The position numbers and the translations under genes were made by a program. 64,000 bases of DNA from Candidatus Fraserbacteria bacterium (GTDB lineage: Bacteria > Bipolaricaulota > Bipolaricaulia > RBG-16-55-9 > DRXL01), in contig CAMTVK010000001.1 in assembly GCA_947085185.1 (NCBI GenBank), positions 32,001 through 96,000 on the forward strand, written 5' to 3'. The notes under the pieces were generated by a model. The model made no database searches, was not told where the DNA came from, and saw only the letters and a program-made list of their open reading frames with translations. This document shows, in pieces, positions 10,312 through 21,282 of the stretch (the stretch's first letter is position 1; each line of letters starts with the position of its first letter).

Positions 10312-11315
10312 GTCACGAAAGGAGACCCGTGGCGTTAGAGAAGAAGATCCGCGAGCTTCACGAGAAATTTCAAGCTCTCGTAGAGGAGATCCGCTCGGTT
10401 ATCATCGGCCATGAAGATGTTATTCATCAGACGTTGATCGGGCTGTTGTGCGGGCAGCATCTGCTATTAGAAGGCGTGCCTGGGCTGGGGAAGACGCTGC
10501 TGGTGCGCACCATCGGACAAGCAGTAGGCTTGCGCTTTTCGCGCATTCAGTTTACGCCCGATCTCATGCCCGCGGACATCATCGGGACACGGATCTTGGT
10601 CGAGGACGAAACGGGACGACGCTCCTTTGAGTTTGCCCGCGGCCCACTCTTTGCTCATCTCGTCTTGGCAGACGAGATCAACCGTGCTACTCCCAAGACC
10701 CAATCGGCACTCTTAGAAGCCATGCAAGAGCGGAGCATCACCGTGAGCGGGGAGACGTACAGGCTCGAAGAGCCCTTTATGGTCTTAGCGACTCAGAACC
10801 CCATCGAGATGGAAGGGACGTATCCGCTGCCGGAAGCCCAAATAGATCGGTTCTTCTTCAAAATCTCGCTGCGCTACCCGTCGCTTGGGGAGCTCGAGCA
10901 AATCCTGCAGCGCCACGGCGGCACCCAAGAGTCCGTGTCGGTGCGCCAAGTGCTCACGCGAGAAGAGCTGCTTGAGGCGCAACGTCTTGTAGCGCAGTGG
11001 CCTATAGCGTCCCCGCTGCGACGATACGCGGCGCGCTTGGTCTATGCCACCCAGCCCACTTTCGAAGGGGCGCCACAGCTCGTCAAAAAATATGTCGAGT
11101 ACGGGGCGAGCCCGCGCGCCGCGCTGGCGCTCGTGCGCGGCGCCAAAGCCCATGCGTTCCTCGCGGGCGAACCCCACACCCGCATCGTGGACATCCAAGC
11201 AGTCTTCTATCCCAGCTTGATCCATCGGATCATTCGGAACTTTCGCGGCGAGGCCGAGGGCATCCCCGTCAAGCAGATCCTGCAGCACGTCTATGAGCAT
11301 GTCCAGCCTACGTGA
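10308..11315 (+). CDS. moxR: MoxR-family AAA+ ATPase
   Basis: LLEGVPGLGKT, RIQFTPDLMPADIIG, LADEINRATPKTQSALLEAMQE, ATQNPIEMEGTYPLPEAQIDRF. Confidence 0.97.
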   Translation: MSHERRPVALEKKIRELHEKFQALVEEIRSVIIGHEDVIHQTLIGLLCGQHLLLEGVPGLGKTLLVRTIGQAVGLRFSRIQFTPDLMPADIIGTRILVEDETGRRSFEFARGPLFAHLVLADEINRATPKTQSALLEAMQERSITVSGETYRLEEPFMVLATQNPIEMEGTYPLPEAQIDRFFFKISLRYPSLGELEQILQRHGGTQESVSVRQVLTREELLEAQRLVAQWPIASPLRRYAARLVYATQPTFEGAPQLVKKYVEYGASPRAALALVRGAKAHAFLAGEPHTRIVDIQAVFYPSLIHRIIRNFRGEAEGIPVKQILQHVYEHVQPT

Positions 11316-12171
11316 GCGCTTTGCCGACGAATCTTTCTGGAAGCGCCTGGCGACGCTGCGCTTGTCCGTGCGCGCTCGTGCGGAGGGTCAAGCCGGCCTA
11401 TGGACGACCCGCCGCGTCGGCATGAGCCTCGAATTCGCGGAATACCGAGAATATCATCCCGGAGATGACTTTCGCTCTATCGACTGGAACCTCTACGGAC
11501 GATTAGATCGGCTCTTCGTCAAAGTTTTCCATCGGGAAGAAGAGATCCCCATCTATCTGGTGGTGGACACAAGCCGTTCGATGGCCGTGGGGAATAAGCT
11601 CAGATATACTCTTGAGCTTGCGGGGGCTTTGGCATACGTAGCATTGAAGGAGATGGATCGGGTAGGAGTTTTCGCGTGTGCGCGCGCGCTCCGTCAGGGG
11701 GTGCCGCCGCGGCCCGGGCTCTCTCATATGAACAACATCTTAAATTTTCTCGATTCTCTCACCCCAGCTGGACAGACATCGCTCAACTCGACCCTCGAAG
11801 AGTTCAGCAAGCTCCCGCTCCCCAAGGGCCTAGTCATCGTGCTCAGCGATATGTTCGACCACCACGGGTACGAGCAGGGGCTGCTCCATCTGCTCTTTAA
11901 GAGATTTGAGGTCGCGCTGCTGCACGTCATCGCTGCGGAGGATCTCGATCCACCGGTGCGCACGGACGCGCGGCTTGTGGACAGTGAAGAACCTCACGAG
12001 TTCTCCGTGGGACCTGGGGCGGTCGCACGCTATCGCGCCAACCTCCAAAGATATACGAGCGCTCTCGAAGCGTTCTGTCGAGAGCATCACATCAGATACA
12101 GAATGCTTTCGACGGCACGGCCGCTGGAGCGCGCTCTCTTTGAAGATCTGCGCGGGGTGCTCTTTCTATGA
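11293..12171 (+). CDS. DUF58 domain protein
   Basis: G.SLEFAEYREYHPGDDFRSIDWN, DTSRSM, VLSD. Confidence 0.93.
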   Translation: MSMSSLRERFADESFWKRLATLRLSVRARAEGQAGLWTTRRVGMSLEFAEYREYHPGDDFRSIDWNLYGRLDRLFVKVFHREEEIPIYLVVDTSRSMAVGNKLRYTLELAGALAYVALKEMDRVGVFACARALRQGVPPRPGLSHMNNILNFLDSLTPAGQTSLNSTLEEFSKLPLPKGLVIVLSDMFDHHGYEQGLLHLLFKRFEVALLHVIAAEDLDPPVRTDARLVDSEEPHEFSVGPGAVARYRANLQRYTSALEAFCREHHIRYRMLSTARPLERALFEDLRGVLFL

Positions 12172-13829
12172 TCTTTCTCAACGCGTGGGCCTTTGGGCTG
12201 TTGGGCTTAGCGGGCGCTCTAGCGCTCTTGTATTTTCTGAGGCGACGCGAGGAGCGCCTGACCGTCTCAGCGATATGGCTCTGGCAGGAGGAGCCGGAGC
12301 GGCCGCGCAGCGCCCTCACTCTCATGCGCACGAAGATCTGGCTCTTATTGATGCAATGGGCAGCACTGGCTGCGCTCGTCTTTGCTCTTGCAGCGCCTAC
12401 CCTCACTCAAGAGTTTCTCGGTGGTGGCACGCTCGCTGTGATCGTCGATGGCAGTGCTTCTATGCAGACCCAAGAACACGAGAAGACGCGCTACGAGCAA
12501 GCTCTCACTATAGCTCAAAAGCTCATCGAGGATCGTCGTCCCAGCCGACTTACCGTGATTCAGGCACAGCGCAGCCCCAAGCTCCTCGTGCCCCTCACGA
12601 CAGAGAGAGCCCAAGCGCTCTCAGCACTCCAGCTCTCCCAGCCTACGCTCCAGAGCGATGCCCCCATGAGCACGCTCATAGAGCTTGTGCGCAGCCAGGG
12701 AGAACTAGAAAGCTTCGACGAGATCGTTTATATCAGCGATCACGCGCCCACGGAAGAAATCCCTATGCGATGGATTCCCGTGGGCACGACGCGCAAGAAC
12801 GTGGCGATCACGGGATTTGCCGCGCGCGCGATGCCCGAGGGATCCTCAGGCGTGACCCTGTGGGCTCGCGTCGAAAATCTCTCGTCGGAGAGCGTCGCAG
12901 GCACGCTCACGTTCTTCGCCGATGACCGCGAGATCTTCCGTGAGCTTGTGGCTCTTGGCCCAAGCGAATCTCGCTCGGTTGAAGCATCCTTCCCTAAGAT
13001 GTTCACTGGGCGCTTCCGTGCCTCGCTCACAGTCTCCGACGACTTTGTCTTCGATAATGAGCGCTATTCTGTGATTCCTGCACGGCCACACCTCAAAATC
13101 CTTTGGCTTGGGGAGCGCAACTTCTTCTTAGAGCGCGCCCTCGATATCTTTGCCGAGCTTCAGATATACCAAGACGACACAGCCGCGTATGATCTTGCTC
13201 TTGCGAACAACACCCACGTGAGCGCTCCCAATGCTTCACGGTTCTTTCTCATCCAAAGCTCCCTAGAGCCGTTGGTGCGCCTGAGGGGGAGCGCTGTTGA
13301 GCCTGACCCCCTGCGGATCCTTCAGCCATCTCATCCCCTGGTGCAGCACGTGCGCGTTGAGCATCTCCGACCGACAAAGCTCCACATCGCTGAGCTGACC
13401 CCCGCAGCACACGTGCTCATCCAAGCAGGAGACCGGCCCGTAGTAGCGCTCTACAGCTCGGAGAGCATCAGATTTGTCTATCTGGGCATAGATCTCAAGA
13501 GCTCGCCCTTGGTGCTGACGCCGAGCTTCCCCATCTTCGTGCAGAGCGCCGTGCGCTGGCTGCTCCCAGACTTTGGGATCTCCCGCGAACAGTTCGTCTC
13601 AGAAGGGCTCGATGCCCCAGGGTTCAGGGAGCAGGGGGCGGTCAATCTCGACCCCAGCGAATCGAAGATCAATCGCTTCAGCGATGGTGGTCAGACTGCG
13701 CCAAGAGAATCTCTAACGACAGAGAGGGCCCATGCACAGCTGCCCCTCTGGTCCTATGGGGCGTGGGCGGCTCTTGGGATATTATGCGCTGAGCTGCTCT
13801 TGTACTATCGGAGGGGGAGAGCGCTATGA
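12168..13829 (+). CDS. BatA/vWA domain membrane protein
   Basis: BatA-type N-terminal TM pair, DGSASM MIDAS, C-terminal TM. Confidence 0.88.
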   Translation: MIFLNAWAFGLLGLAGALALLYFLRRREERLTVSAIWLWQEEPERPRSALTLMRTKIWLLLMQWAALAALVFALAAPTLTQEFLGGGTLAVIVDGSASMQTQEHEKTRYEQALTIAQKLIEDRRPSRLTVIQAQRSPKLLVPLTTERAQALSALQLSQPTLQSDAPMSTLIELVRSQGELESFDEIVYISDHAPTEEIPMRWIPVGTTRKNVAITGFAARAMPEGSSGVTLWARVENLSSESVAGTLTFFADDREIFRELVALGPSESRSVEASFPKMFTGRFRASLTVSDDFVFDNERYSVIPARPHLKILWLGERNFFLERALDIFAELQIYQDDTAAYDLALANNTHVSAPNASRFFLIQSSLEPLVRLRGSAVEPDPLRILQPSHPLVQHVRVEHLRPTKLHIAELTPAAHVLIQAGDRPVVALYSSESIRFVYLGIDLKSSPLVLTPSFPIFVQSAVRWLLPDFGISREQFVSEGLDAPGFREQGAVNLDPSESKINRFSDGGQTAPRESLTTERAHAQLPLWSYGAWAALGILCAELLLYYRRGRAL

Positions 13830-16354
13830 GCTTGATCTTTGAGGCTCCTGCGGTCTTGCTCTTGCTGATAGCGATTGCTGCGGGACTTTTAGTGATGCGC
13901 ACGCTCGATCTTGCAAGGGCTGAGCGCCTGGCGGTGTATGCCCGCGCCGGGGCGCTCATGATGCTCTGCGTTGCGCTTGCGGGGCCGCGCTTTTCTCAAG
14001 GGGCCTCCCAGCGGTTTATCTATATTCTTGTCGATCGGTCGGCCAGCGTCGGGCTCGATTCTTCTGAGCTCATCAAGATTGTGCAAGCTATCGCACAGCC
14101 CTCCGAGCACACGTTGTATGGGGTCATCAGCTTCGCCAAGGAACCGATGATCGAGGCGGGCTTCGCCCCGGTGCTCTCGCTGCAGGAATTCCAGACCGAT
14201 CCTGAAAAGACTGCGACCGACATCACCAGCGCGCTCTCCCTCGCGTTAGAGACGTTCCCTCGCGCAGGGCGTCGCGAGATTCTCTTAATCACTGACGGGC
14301 AGACGGAAGAGAGCCTCGCAGCCGTGCTGGCGCGCGCGCGCCGCGAAGGCGTGCCCATTCACGTGTGGCCCCTGGGGGGAGATCTCTCTGAAGCTTGGCT
14401 CTCCGACTTCCAAGTCCCCCCTGAGGCTACTCTCCAGATGCCGTTCGCGCTGAGAGTGCGCCTGGGCGCGACAACCCAAGGCACAGGCACTCTCTTGCTC
14501 TATAGAAACGGCGAGCTCATCCAAAATCTCCCCGTCACCTACGACATAGGGCTTCACGAGCTGCGCCTCACAGATAAGCTCGATGCGCCGGGGACGTATT
14601 CGTATCGGGCCTATCTCAAAGCCGAGCCCGATCAGCTCAAGGAGAACAACGAACTCTACGGAGTGACGACTGTTCCGGGCGGACCGCAGGTGCTCCTGGT
14701 CGAGCCTACGGAGAGAGAGAGCCCTGTAGCGCGACTCCTCCGCAGTGCTGGGTTTTCTTTCGAACAGAAGACGCTCAAAGAATTCTCTGCGCTCCCCATA
14801 ACCGACTACAAGGCGATCGTGCTCAATAATATCGCGTTGAGCAGGCTCACCAAGGAGCGTCGGCGCGCCCTCAAGCATTTCGTTGGGAACTTAGGCGGAG
14901 GACTCTTTGTCATTCAGGGCCAAGCCGCCGTCGCAGGCTTAGAAGATCAAACCCCAGAAGAGCTTGCCGATCTCGAAGAGCTCCTCCCCGTCTCGTATCT
15001 TGCTCCGGAGCCCTATCAGATTCCGGGCTTGGCGCTCGTCTTTGTGATGGACCGTTCGGGGAGCATGGGCGACCCTGCCGGCGCAGGACTCTCGAAGATA
15101 GACGTGCTCAAGCGGTCGGCCCTGCGCAGCCTCGAAGTCCTCGATCCCGACGACTGGGTCGGACTGATCGCGTTCGACACCGACTTCGAATGGCTCGTCC
15201 CGCTCAAGCCGTTGGGCAACCGCCAAGAGTTTTTGAGCAACATCCAACGGTTGAGCGCCAACGGCGGCACCGATCTCTATTTTGCTTTAAAATCTGCGTT
15301 CGAGACGCTCGAGAAGACCCCAGCGCGGGTCAAGCATATCTTGGTCTTCACCGATGGGCACAATAACAATAGACGCGAGCGCGAATATCGCGAGCTCTAC
15401 GGGCGTCTTGCCAAGAGTTCTGTGCGCGTCTCCACGCTGGGGATCGATCGGGCGCCCAATGAAGAGTTTCTCGCGGAGCTGGCGGCGGCGGGGCATGGGC
15501 GGTATGAGCGTGTGCAGGAATTTATGGATCTTCCGGCATTCTCGTTGCGCGAGGTCCGACGGATCGCGCGACTGCGCTGGATCGAAGGGCAATCTTCGGT
15601 GCACACCTCCGAGCGCGCCCTTGCGCCCCCGCCAGTTCAGGGCTATGTGCTCACGCATGCGCGTCCTGCGGCTCAGCTTCTCTTGACGGCTGCCCCAGAC
15701 GAAAACCCGCTTCTCGCGTTCCATCACTATGGGCTGGGCCGCGTCGGCGTGCTCAACACCGACTTAGAGGGCCAGGGAGCTCCGGACTGGCTCGTATGGG
15801 AAGGGCTGAACAAGCTCGTTGCTGAGAGTCTCGCTCGGGTCTATCGGAGCATCCCGCGTGAGGGCGAGCTGGCGCTCCAAGCTATCAGAAGCGACGAGAC
15901 TCTGGAGATCGTCGCCGACATGCGCCAGGGGGAGCGATGGGCCTCTGGGATAGAGCTGCGCGCTACGATTGCCGGCCCAACAGACAAAGAAATCCCCCTG
16001 ACACAAGAAGCCCCCGGGCGCTATCGTGCGCAGCTGGAGAGACTTCCTAGCGGACTGTATATGGTGCGTTTAGCAGCTCATCGCCAGGGTGAGCTGCTCA
16101 GCGAAACGACAGCAACGATACCCGTCCCCTACACGGAAGAGTATCGTCGGATTGGGCTCAACAGTGAGCTTGTTGCCCTGGTCACGCGCGCGACGGGCGG
16201 AGAGGTGTTAGAGCGGCCGCAGATGCCGCCGCCGTCGGGGAAGATTGCGCAAGAGAGTTTTGTGGAGCTCTGGCCGTGGGCGCTCGTGCTGGCCTTGGCG
16301 CTCTTTATAATAGACTTAGCTGTGCGCAAGCTGTGGTGGCTCATCGAACGCTAA
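13826..16354 (+). CDS. Double vWA + glutamine-amidotransferase-like membrane protein
   Basis: DRSAS and DRSGSM MIDAS motifs, LITDG/VFTDG, GGTD, C-terminal TM. Confidence 0.88.
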   Translation: MSLIFEAPAVLLLLIAIAAGLLVMRTLDLARAERLAVYARAGALMMLCVALAGPRFSQGASQRFIYILVDRSASVGLDSSELIKIVQAIAQPSEHTLYGVISFAKEPMIEAGFAPVLSLQEFQTDPEKTATDITSALSLALETFPRAGRREILLITDGQTEESLAAVLARARREGVPIHVWPLGGDLSEAWLSDFQVPPEATLQMPFALRVRLGATTQGTGTLLLYRNGELIQNLPVTYDIGLHELRLTDKLDAPGTYSYRAYLKAEPDQLKENNELYGVTTVPGGPQVLLVEPTERESPVARLLRSAGFSFEQKTLKEFSALPITDYKAIVLNNIALSRLTKERRRALKHFVGNLGGGLFVIQGQAAVAGLEDQTPEELADLEELLPVSYLAPEPYQIPGLALVFVMDRSGSMGDPAGAGLSKIDVLKRSALRSLEVLDPDDWVGLIAFDTDFEWLVPLKPLGNRQEFLSNIQRLSANGGTDLYFALKSAFETLEKTPARVKHILVFTDGHNNNRREREYRELYGRLAKSSVRVSTLGIDRAPNEEFLAELAAAGHGRYERVQEFMDLPAFSLREVRRIARLRWIEGQSSVHTSERALAPPPVQGYVLTHARPAAQLLLTAAPDENPLLAFHHYGLGRVGVLNTDLEGQGAPDWLVWEGLNKLVAESLARVYRSIPREGELALQAIRSDETLEIVADMRQGERWASGIELRATIAGPTDKEIPLTQEAPGRYRAQLERLPSGLYMVRLAAHRQGELLSETTATIPVPYTEEYRRIGLNSELVALVTRATGGEVLERPQMPPPSGKIAQESFVELWPWALVLALALFIIDLAVRKLWWLIER

Positions 16355-16414
16355 GAGATTTGTCTTGGGGGGCTCTTTTTGCTATTATGACTGTAATTTT
16401 CAGGAGGTGGTCGA

Positions 16415-16840
16415 ATGTTCGAGCGCATCTTTAGTGGGGTCAGTCATTGGGCGACGATCCCCTTGCGCTTAGCTTTAGGGATTATCTTTGCTGCGCACGG
16501 CTGGCAGAAGTTTGCCGGGGGATTAGATAATGTCGCGGGATTCTTTGGGGGTGTGGGGATTCCGTTGCCGCAGGTCGCGGCGTTTGTTGTCGCTTTCGTT
16601 GAGCTTGTGGGTGGGATCGGTTTGATTGTGGGGTTCTTCACGCGCTATTGGGCACTGTTGCTCTCGATAGTCATGATCGTCGCGATCTTCACGGTGAAGC
16701 TGCCCAATGGGCTGTTGGGGAGTCCGGGGCGTCCGGGGTATGAGCTGGACTTGGCGCTCTTAGTGGGGTGCTTGGCGCTCTTGCTGTGGGGTCCAGGGCC
16801 GATCTCGCTGGAACGCGCGATCTTTAATAAAGAACTGTAG
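16415..16840 (+). CDS. DoxX-family membrane protein
   Basis: LRLALG.IF.AHGWQK, ELVGG..L..G..TR, GYELDL, GPG.ISL. Confidence 0.93.
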   Translation: MFERIFSGVSHWATIPLRLALGIIFAAHGWQKFAGGLDNVAGFFGGVGIPLPQVAAFVVAFVELVGGIGLIVGFFTRYWALLLSIVMIVAIFTVKLPNGLLGSPGRPGYELDLALLVGCLALLLWGPGPISLERAIFNKEL

Positions 16841-17010
16841 TCACCCAATTTTCACCCGCTCTCCATGTACTCAGAACGGAACGTTCAGTACTCTAGAAGT
16901 AATCTTCTAAACATGTACAGAACCTCCTTGCAGGGACAAGGGGAAGAGCGCAAGCACCCACAAGAGCGACGAGCCCCGCAGCCTGGGGCTCGCATTCTCT
17001 TCTCTGAGCC

Positions 17011-17523
17011 ATGGACACTGCACGTCTGATAGTCACGCAGCTGCAAAAGCAATTGGAGGCAGCCTATCGTACCAGTCGCTGGCACTCCCTCAAAAGAGCA
17101 TTAGATGGCATAAAACCCGACGAGGCCCTCTGGCAACCGCCGCATTATAGGGGCTTTGCTTGGTCAAAGGGTTCAATCGTCGAGATCGTCTTTCACGTGG
17201 CGGGCGATACGCTCTATCAGCTCGACTACGCGTTTGGGGAGGGCCAGCTCACCTGGGAGACGCTCACCGAGCGCTTCCGGCGCGACGGAGGCGATCTGAA
17301 AGCCGCACAGAAGCTGCTCGACGAGAGCTGTGCGCTTGTGCAAGAACATCTGAAGAAGCTCACCGACGCCGAGCTGGCCCGCACCTATACAGCTCCCGAC
17401 GGCAAGACCCGCAAGACTGTGGGAGAACTCTTTCAGATGCTCCTGGAGCATTTTCTCTATCATGCCGGGCAGATCGTCTATATTCGCTGCTTGTGGGCCG
17501 GCTTACACCCCCAAGAGCCCTGA
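17011..17523 (+). CDS. DinB/DUF664-family four-helix protein
   Basis: SI.EIVFH and EH..YHAGQI His triad. Confidence 0.85.
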   Translation: MDTARLIVTQLQKQLEAAYRTSRWHSLKRALDGIKPDEALWQPPHYRGFAWSKGSIVEIVFHVAGDTLYQLDYAFGEGQLTWETLTERFRRDGGDLKAAQKLLDESCALVQEHLKKLTDAELARTYTAPDGKTRKTVGELFQMLLEHFLYHAGQIVYIRCLWAGLHPQEP

Positions 17524-17573
17524 TGCAGGTCATGGCGCTCCCCGAGAGACTCGACTTAAAATAACAGAGCGCC

Positions 17574-19487
17574 ATGGGTCTATACGAAGAGACTTTTAGG
17601 GAATCCCTCGAAAACTCCGAACGTTTCTGGGGTCGGGCCGCCGAAGCCATCACTTGGCATAAGCGCTGGGATTCGGTGCTCGATGCGTCCAATCCCCCAT
17701 TCTATAGATGGTTCACCGGCGGCGCGCTCAACACGTGTTATAACGCCGTAGATCGCCATATCGAGCGCGGCCGAGCCGATCAGCTCGCCCTGATTTACGA
17801 CAGCCCTGTGACGAATACAGTCCAAAAATTCACGTATGCACAGCTGCGCTCGCGCGTCGCTCACATCGCGGGCTTCTTGAAAGAGCTTGGTGTTACTAAG
17901 GGCGATACGGTGGTTATCTATATGCCGATGATCCCCGAGGCGCTCATGGCTATGTTAGCTTGTGCACGCATCGGTGCGGTGCACAGTGTCGTCTTCGGCG
18001 GGTTTGCCCCGCGGGAATTAGCTCTTCGCATAGACGACGCCAAGCCCAAGATCGTGCTCTCGGCCTCGTGCGGGATCGAGGCGAAGAAGATCATCCCGTA
18101 CAAGCCATTGCTCGATGAAGCGATCGCTCTGGCGACCCACAAGCCACAGAAGTGCGTCATCTATCAGCGGCCGCAAGTGCGCGCTGATCTCATCGCAGGG
18201 CGGGATTGTGATTGGGTCTCCTTGGAGCACGGAGCCCGGCCCGTGGACTGCGTCCCCGTCGCCGCGACAGACCCGTTATATATTCTGTACACATCGGGCA
18301 CGACCGGAAAACCCAAGGGCGTGGTGCGCGACAACGGCGGCCACGCCGTGGCGCTCTCCTGGACAATGAAATATATCTATGGGATCGAACCCGGAGATGT
18401 CTACTGGGCCGCTTCGGATGTCGGCTGGGTCGTGGGGCATTCGTATATTGTCTACGGCCCGCTGCTGGTGGGCGCGACCACTGTGATGTACGAGGGCAAA
18501 CCCGTGGGCACTCCTGATCCTGGGGCGTTCTGGCGCGTCATAGCGCAGCACAAGGTCAAAGTGCTCTTTACCGCCCCGACGGCATTCCGAGCGATCAAGA
18601 GAGAAGACCCCACGGGAGAGCATCTGAAAAAATACGAGCTCTCTCACTTCCGAGCGCTCTTTCTTGCGGGGGAGCGCACCGATCCGGATACATACTATTG
18701 GGCCTCTGAGCTTCTGAAGAAGCCCGTCATAGACCACTGGTGGCAGACGGAGACGGGCTGGGCCATCGCAGGGAACTTCTGTGGGCTTGAGCTGCTCCCC
18801 ATCAAGCCCGGCTCGGTGACCAAGCCCATGCCCGGCTATGACGTGCGAATACTCGATCCCAGCACGGGGAAGGAGCTTCCCCGTGGGCAGAGCGGCGTGA
18901 TCGTGGTCAAAGAGCCCTTGCCGCCGGGGACGTTTATGACCCTATGGCAGCGCGATGACGACTTTAAGAGAACGTATTTCGATCCGTTCCCCGGGTATTA
19001 TTTCACTGGCGACGGCGGATACATTGACGCAGAGGGCTATATCTTCGTGATGGGTCGAGTGGACGACATTATCAATGTTGCGGGCCATCGGTTGTCTACG
19101 GGCGAGATGGAGGAGATCGTCGCGCAGCACCCTGACGTAGCCGAGTGTGCGGTGATCGGGGTTGCGGACAGTCTCAAGGGTGAAGTGCCGTTGGGATTTG
19201 TTGTGCTCAAGGCGGGGGTGCAGCGTGATCGGGCAGAGATCATCTCCGAAGTGAAGCAGATGGTGCGCACAGAGATCGGGGCGATTGCCTCGCTCAAAGA
19301 TGTGCTCATTGTGAACCGGCTGCCCAAGACGCGCAGCGGCAAGATTTTGCGGGGGACGATGCGCAAGATCGCCGACGGTCAGCCCTACACCGTGCCGTCG
19401 ACGATTGACGATCCGGCGATCTTGCAAGAGCTCGAAGATATGCTCACAGAAGCGGGCTATGGGCAGAGGGGCTTATCTGGAGGGTAG
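17574..19487 (+). CDS. prpE: Propionate/acetate-CoA ligase (AMP-forming)
   Basis: YTSGTTGKPKG, DHWWQTETG, GRVDDIINVAGHRLSTG, LPKTRSGKILR. Confidence 0.9.
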   Translation: MGLYEETFRESLENSERFWGRAAEAITWHKRWDSVLDASNPPFYRWFTGGALNTCYNAVDRHIERGRADQLALIYDSPVTNTVQKFTYAQLRSRVAHIAGFLKELGVTKGDTVVIYMPMIPEALMAMLACARIGAVHSVVFGGFAPRELALRIDDAKPKIVLSASCGIEAKKIIPYKPLLDEAIALATHKPQKCVIYQRPQVRADLIAGRDCDWVSLEHGARPVDCVPVAATDPLYILYTSGTTGKPKGVVRDNGGHAVALSWTMKYIYGIEPGDVYWAASDVGWVVGHSYIVYGPLLVGATTVMYEGKPVGTPDPGAFWRVIAQHKVKVLFTAPTAFRAIKREDPTGEHLKKYELSHFRALFLAGERTDPDTYYWASELLKKPVIDHWWQTETGWAIAGNFCGLELLPIKPGSVTKPMPGYDVRILDPSTGKELPRGQSGVIVVKEPLPPGTFMTLWQRDDDFKRTYFDPFPGYYFTGDGGYIDAEGYIFVMGRVDDIINVAGHRLSTGEMEEIVAQHPDVAECAVIGVADSLKGEVPLGFVVLKAGVQRDRAEIISEVKQMVRTEIGAIASLKDVLIVNRLPKTRSGKILRGTMRKIADGQPYTVPSTIDDPAILQELEDMLTEAGYGQRGLSGG

Positions 19488-19508
19488 CTTGGGTTTTTGA
19501 GCGTTCTT

Positions 19509-21282
19509 TCATTCAACAACCGAGAGCGCCGCCTCTCCTAGGACCTCGCGGAGCCTCTCCGGTTTTCGGCACACAGCGAATGCCCATACCCCAAATTCGC
19601 CGTGGTGGTTCACGGCCCTCACCCACCGTTTCGCGGCGGTCTCCTTCTGGCGGTCTTGCTCTGTCTCGAAGCCCTTGATCTCCAAGATAACCTTCACCTC
19701 CCGCCCGTCCTCGCCGCGCCAGCGGATGAGGTAGTCCGGCCGGTACTCGTGTCGCGCACCCTGCCATTCGTAGGGGATCGTGAGGTCTAGGTGGTCGTTG
19801 CGGGCATAAGCGATCACCTCCGGCATCCGCTCAAGCTGATACGCCACGCTGTGTTCCCACTGGGGCGCATCGAGCACCACGTGGCTGATGTGGCTTTTGG
19901 TGGTGCCCACACAGGGGCGCACCGTGCGGAAGAGCACCTCTGAAGTGGAGCCAATCGGGCGAAACTGCTCGATGACGGGCAGGATAGGCAGCTCACCGGC
20001 TTCTGTATCCGGTTCGATGGCTTCGGTCAGCCGTTCGATGATGCGCTGCTTGTATTTGAGCAAAGCGATTTCTTCAAGAGGCGTCTCCCCGTCGCTGACG
20101 ACGACGCGCTCTTCCAGGTAGTGCCAAACGGTGTTGAGCACCTGCGGGAAGAGAATGTGCCGTGCGTTCCAGTCTTCCCGTTTCTCTTTCAGCCGGTGCG
20201 TGAGTTCGGCGGCGATTTCGTAAACCGTTGCCTGCAGGCGCTTTTCACGGTGAAACGGGTTGCGGTCGTGCACCACTTCGGAACCTGGCCCTAGACGGTC
20301 GGGCCGTCCGATCCGGTAACCGACCGCAGGCTTGGCCACCACTTCGGTTGGCTCGTGCGACGGATCAATCTGCAAATAAGGCACGTCTTGCAAATTGACG
20401 CGGATGCTCTGATGCACGTCAAAGACGTAGCCCTCCACGCGCGGAAAGGTGATTTCCAGATGCTTGCGCTCAGGCAACGCGCGCACCAGCGATGACCAGG
20501 ATATTCTGCTTCCCGCCCAACTCTTTCAGCACGCGGCGGCAAAAGGCCGCGTCGCTTTCCGGACCGCGCTGGACGACGCTGCGCGAACGGCTGTCGTCTT
20601 TGGGTTGAAAGAGGTGCCAGTTGGTGATTTCAAACTTGCCCTGCTGCAAGCGTTCCATCATCCCGCGCGGCACCAGGTCAAACCGATCGTAGTAGTTGCT
20701 CTTGTGCCAGGGCAGCAGCACCTGCAGTCGTTCGCGAATGGTCAGGTTGGGACAGACCAGCAGCACCGCATCGGAAAAGCGGCGGTCTTGGGGGTTGACG
20801 AGTTTGTTGAGCACCTGCCAGGCGATGACCATGCCCATGACCACGGTCTTGCCGGAGCCGGTGGCCATCTTGCAGGCGTAGCGCGTCAGGCCGTTGTCCT
20901 TGGGAATGACAATGCCTTGCTTCTCGGCAGGGGAAGCTTCGATGAGCCAGATGAGCGTTTCGGCCGCCTCGCGCTGGCAGAAGAAGAGTTTGCGTTCGCG
21001 TTCGGGGTTGTTCCAGTGATTCAAGAGTTGTCGCGTGATTGGCGTGGCGCCGGGATAGCCGCGCTCGCGCCAGGCCCTGACCCGCTCACGAATCACGTTG
21101 ACCGTCTCCAGCGGCACAAACTCTTCCTCGAACATTGACAGTTGCGCGCCGCGCGTGCGCGGGCGGAGATAGTAGCCAGCGGGACGGCGGCCTTCGGCCA
21201 GCAGGGGCTGACCTTCTTTGTAATCCCAGTAGCGGCTCGGTTCATCGAAGGGCGAGTTGAGGATGGGGTTGTCAACGAGCAT
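19509..21282 (-). pseudogene. res: Type III restriction endonuclease Res subunit with a large internal deletion and frameshift at about 20490
   Basis: N-part MLVDNPILNSPF...KMATGSGKT...KQNILVI stops just before the expected DEAH motif and joins out of frame to the C-part (LVRALPERK...YRPDYL...ILEIKG, PD-(D/E)xK). Confidence 0.88.

Noticed and set aside
16855..16914. Selenocysteine readthrough of the micro-ORF TGA
   Set aside because: The extension is only 10 codons, with no recognisable SECIS or redox motif
1..19487. Frequent GAGCTC/GCGCGC hexamers as a HIP-like repeat
   Set aside because: Plausibly explained by GAG-CTC (Glu-Leu) and Ala/Arg codon preference; cannot be tested without counting
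19470..19510. Possible attL copy of the tRNA-Asn 3' end at the left island edge
   Set aside because: Only patchy similarity (CCAAGCTACCCTCCAG vs CCAGCTTCCCAG), and no integrase in the window
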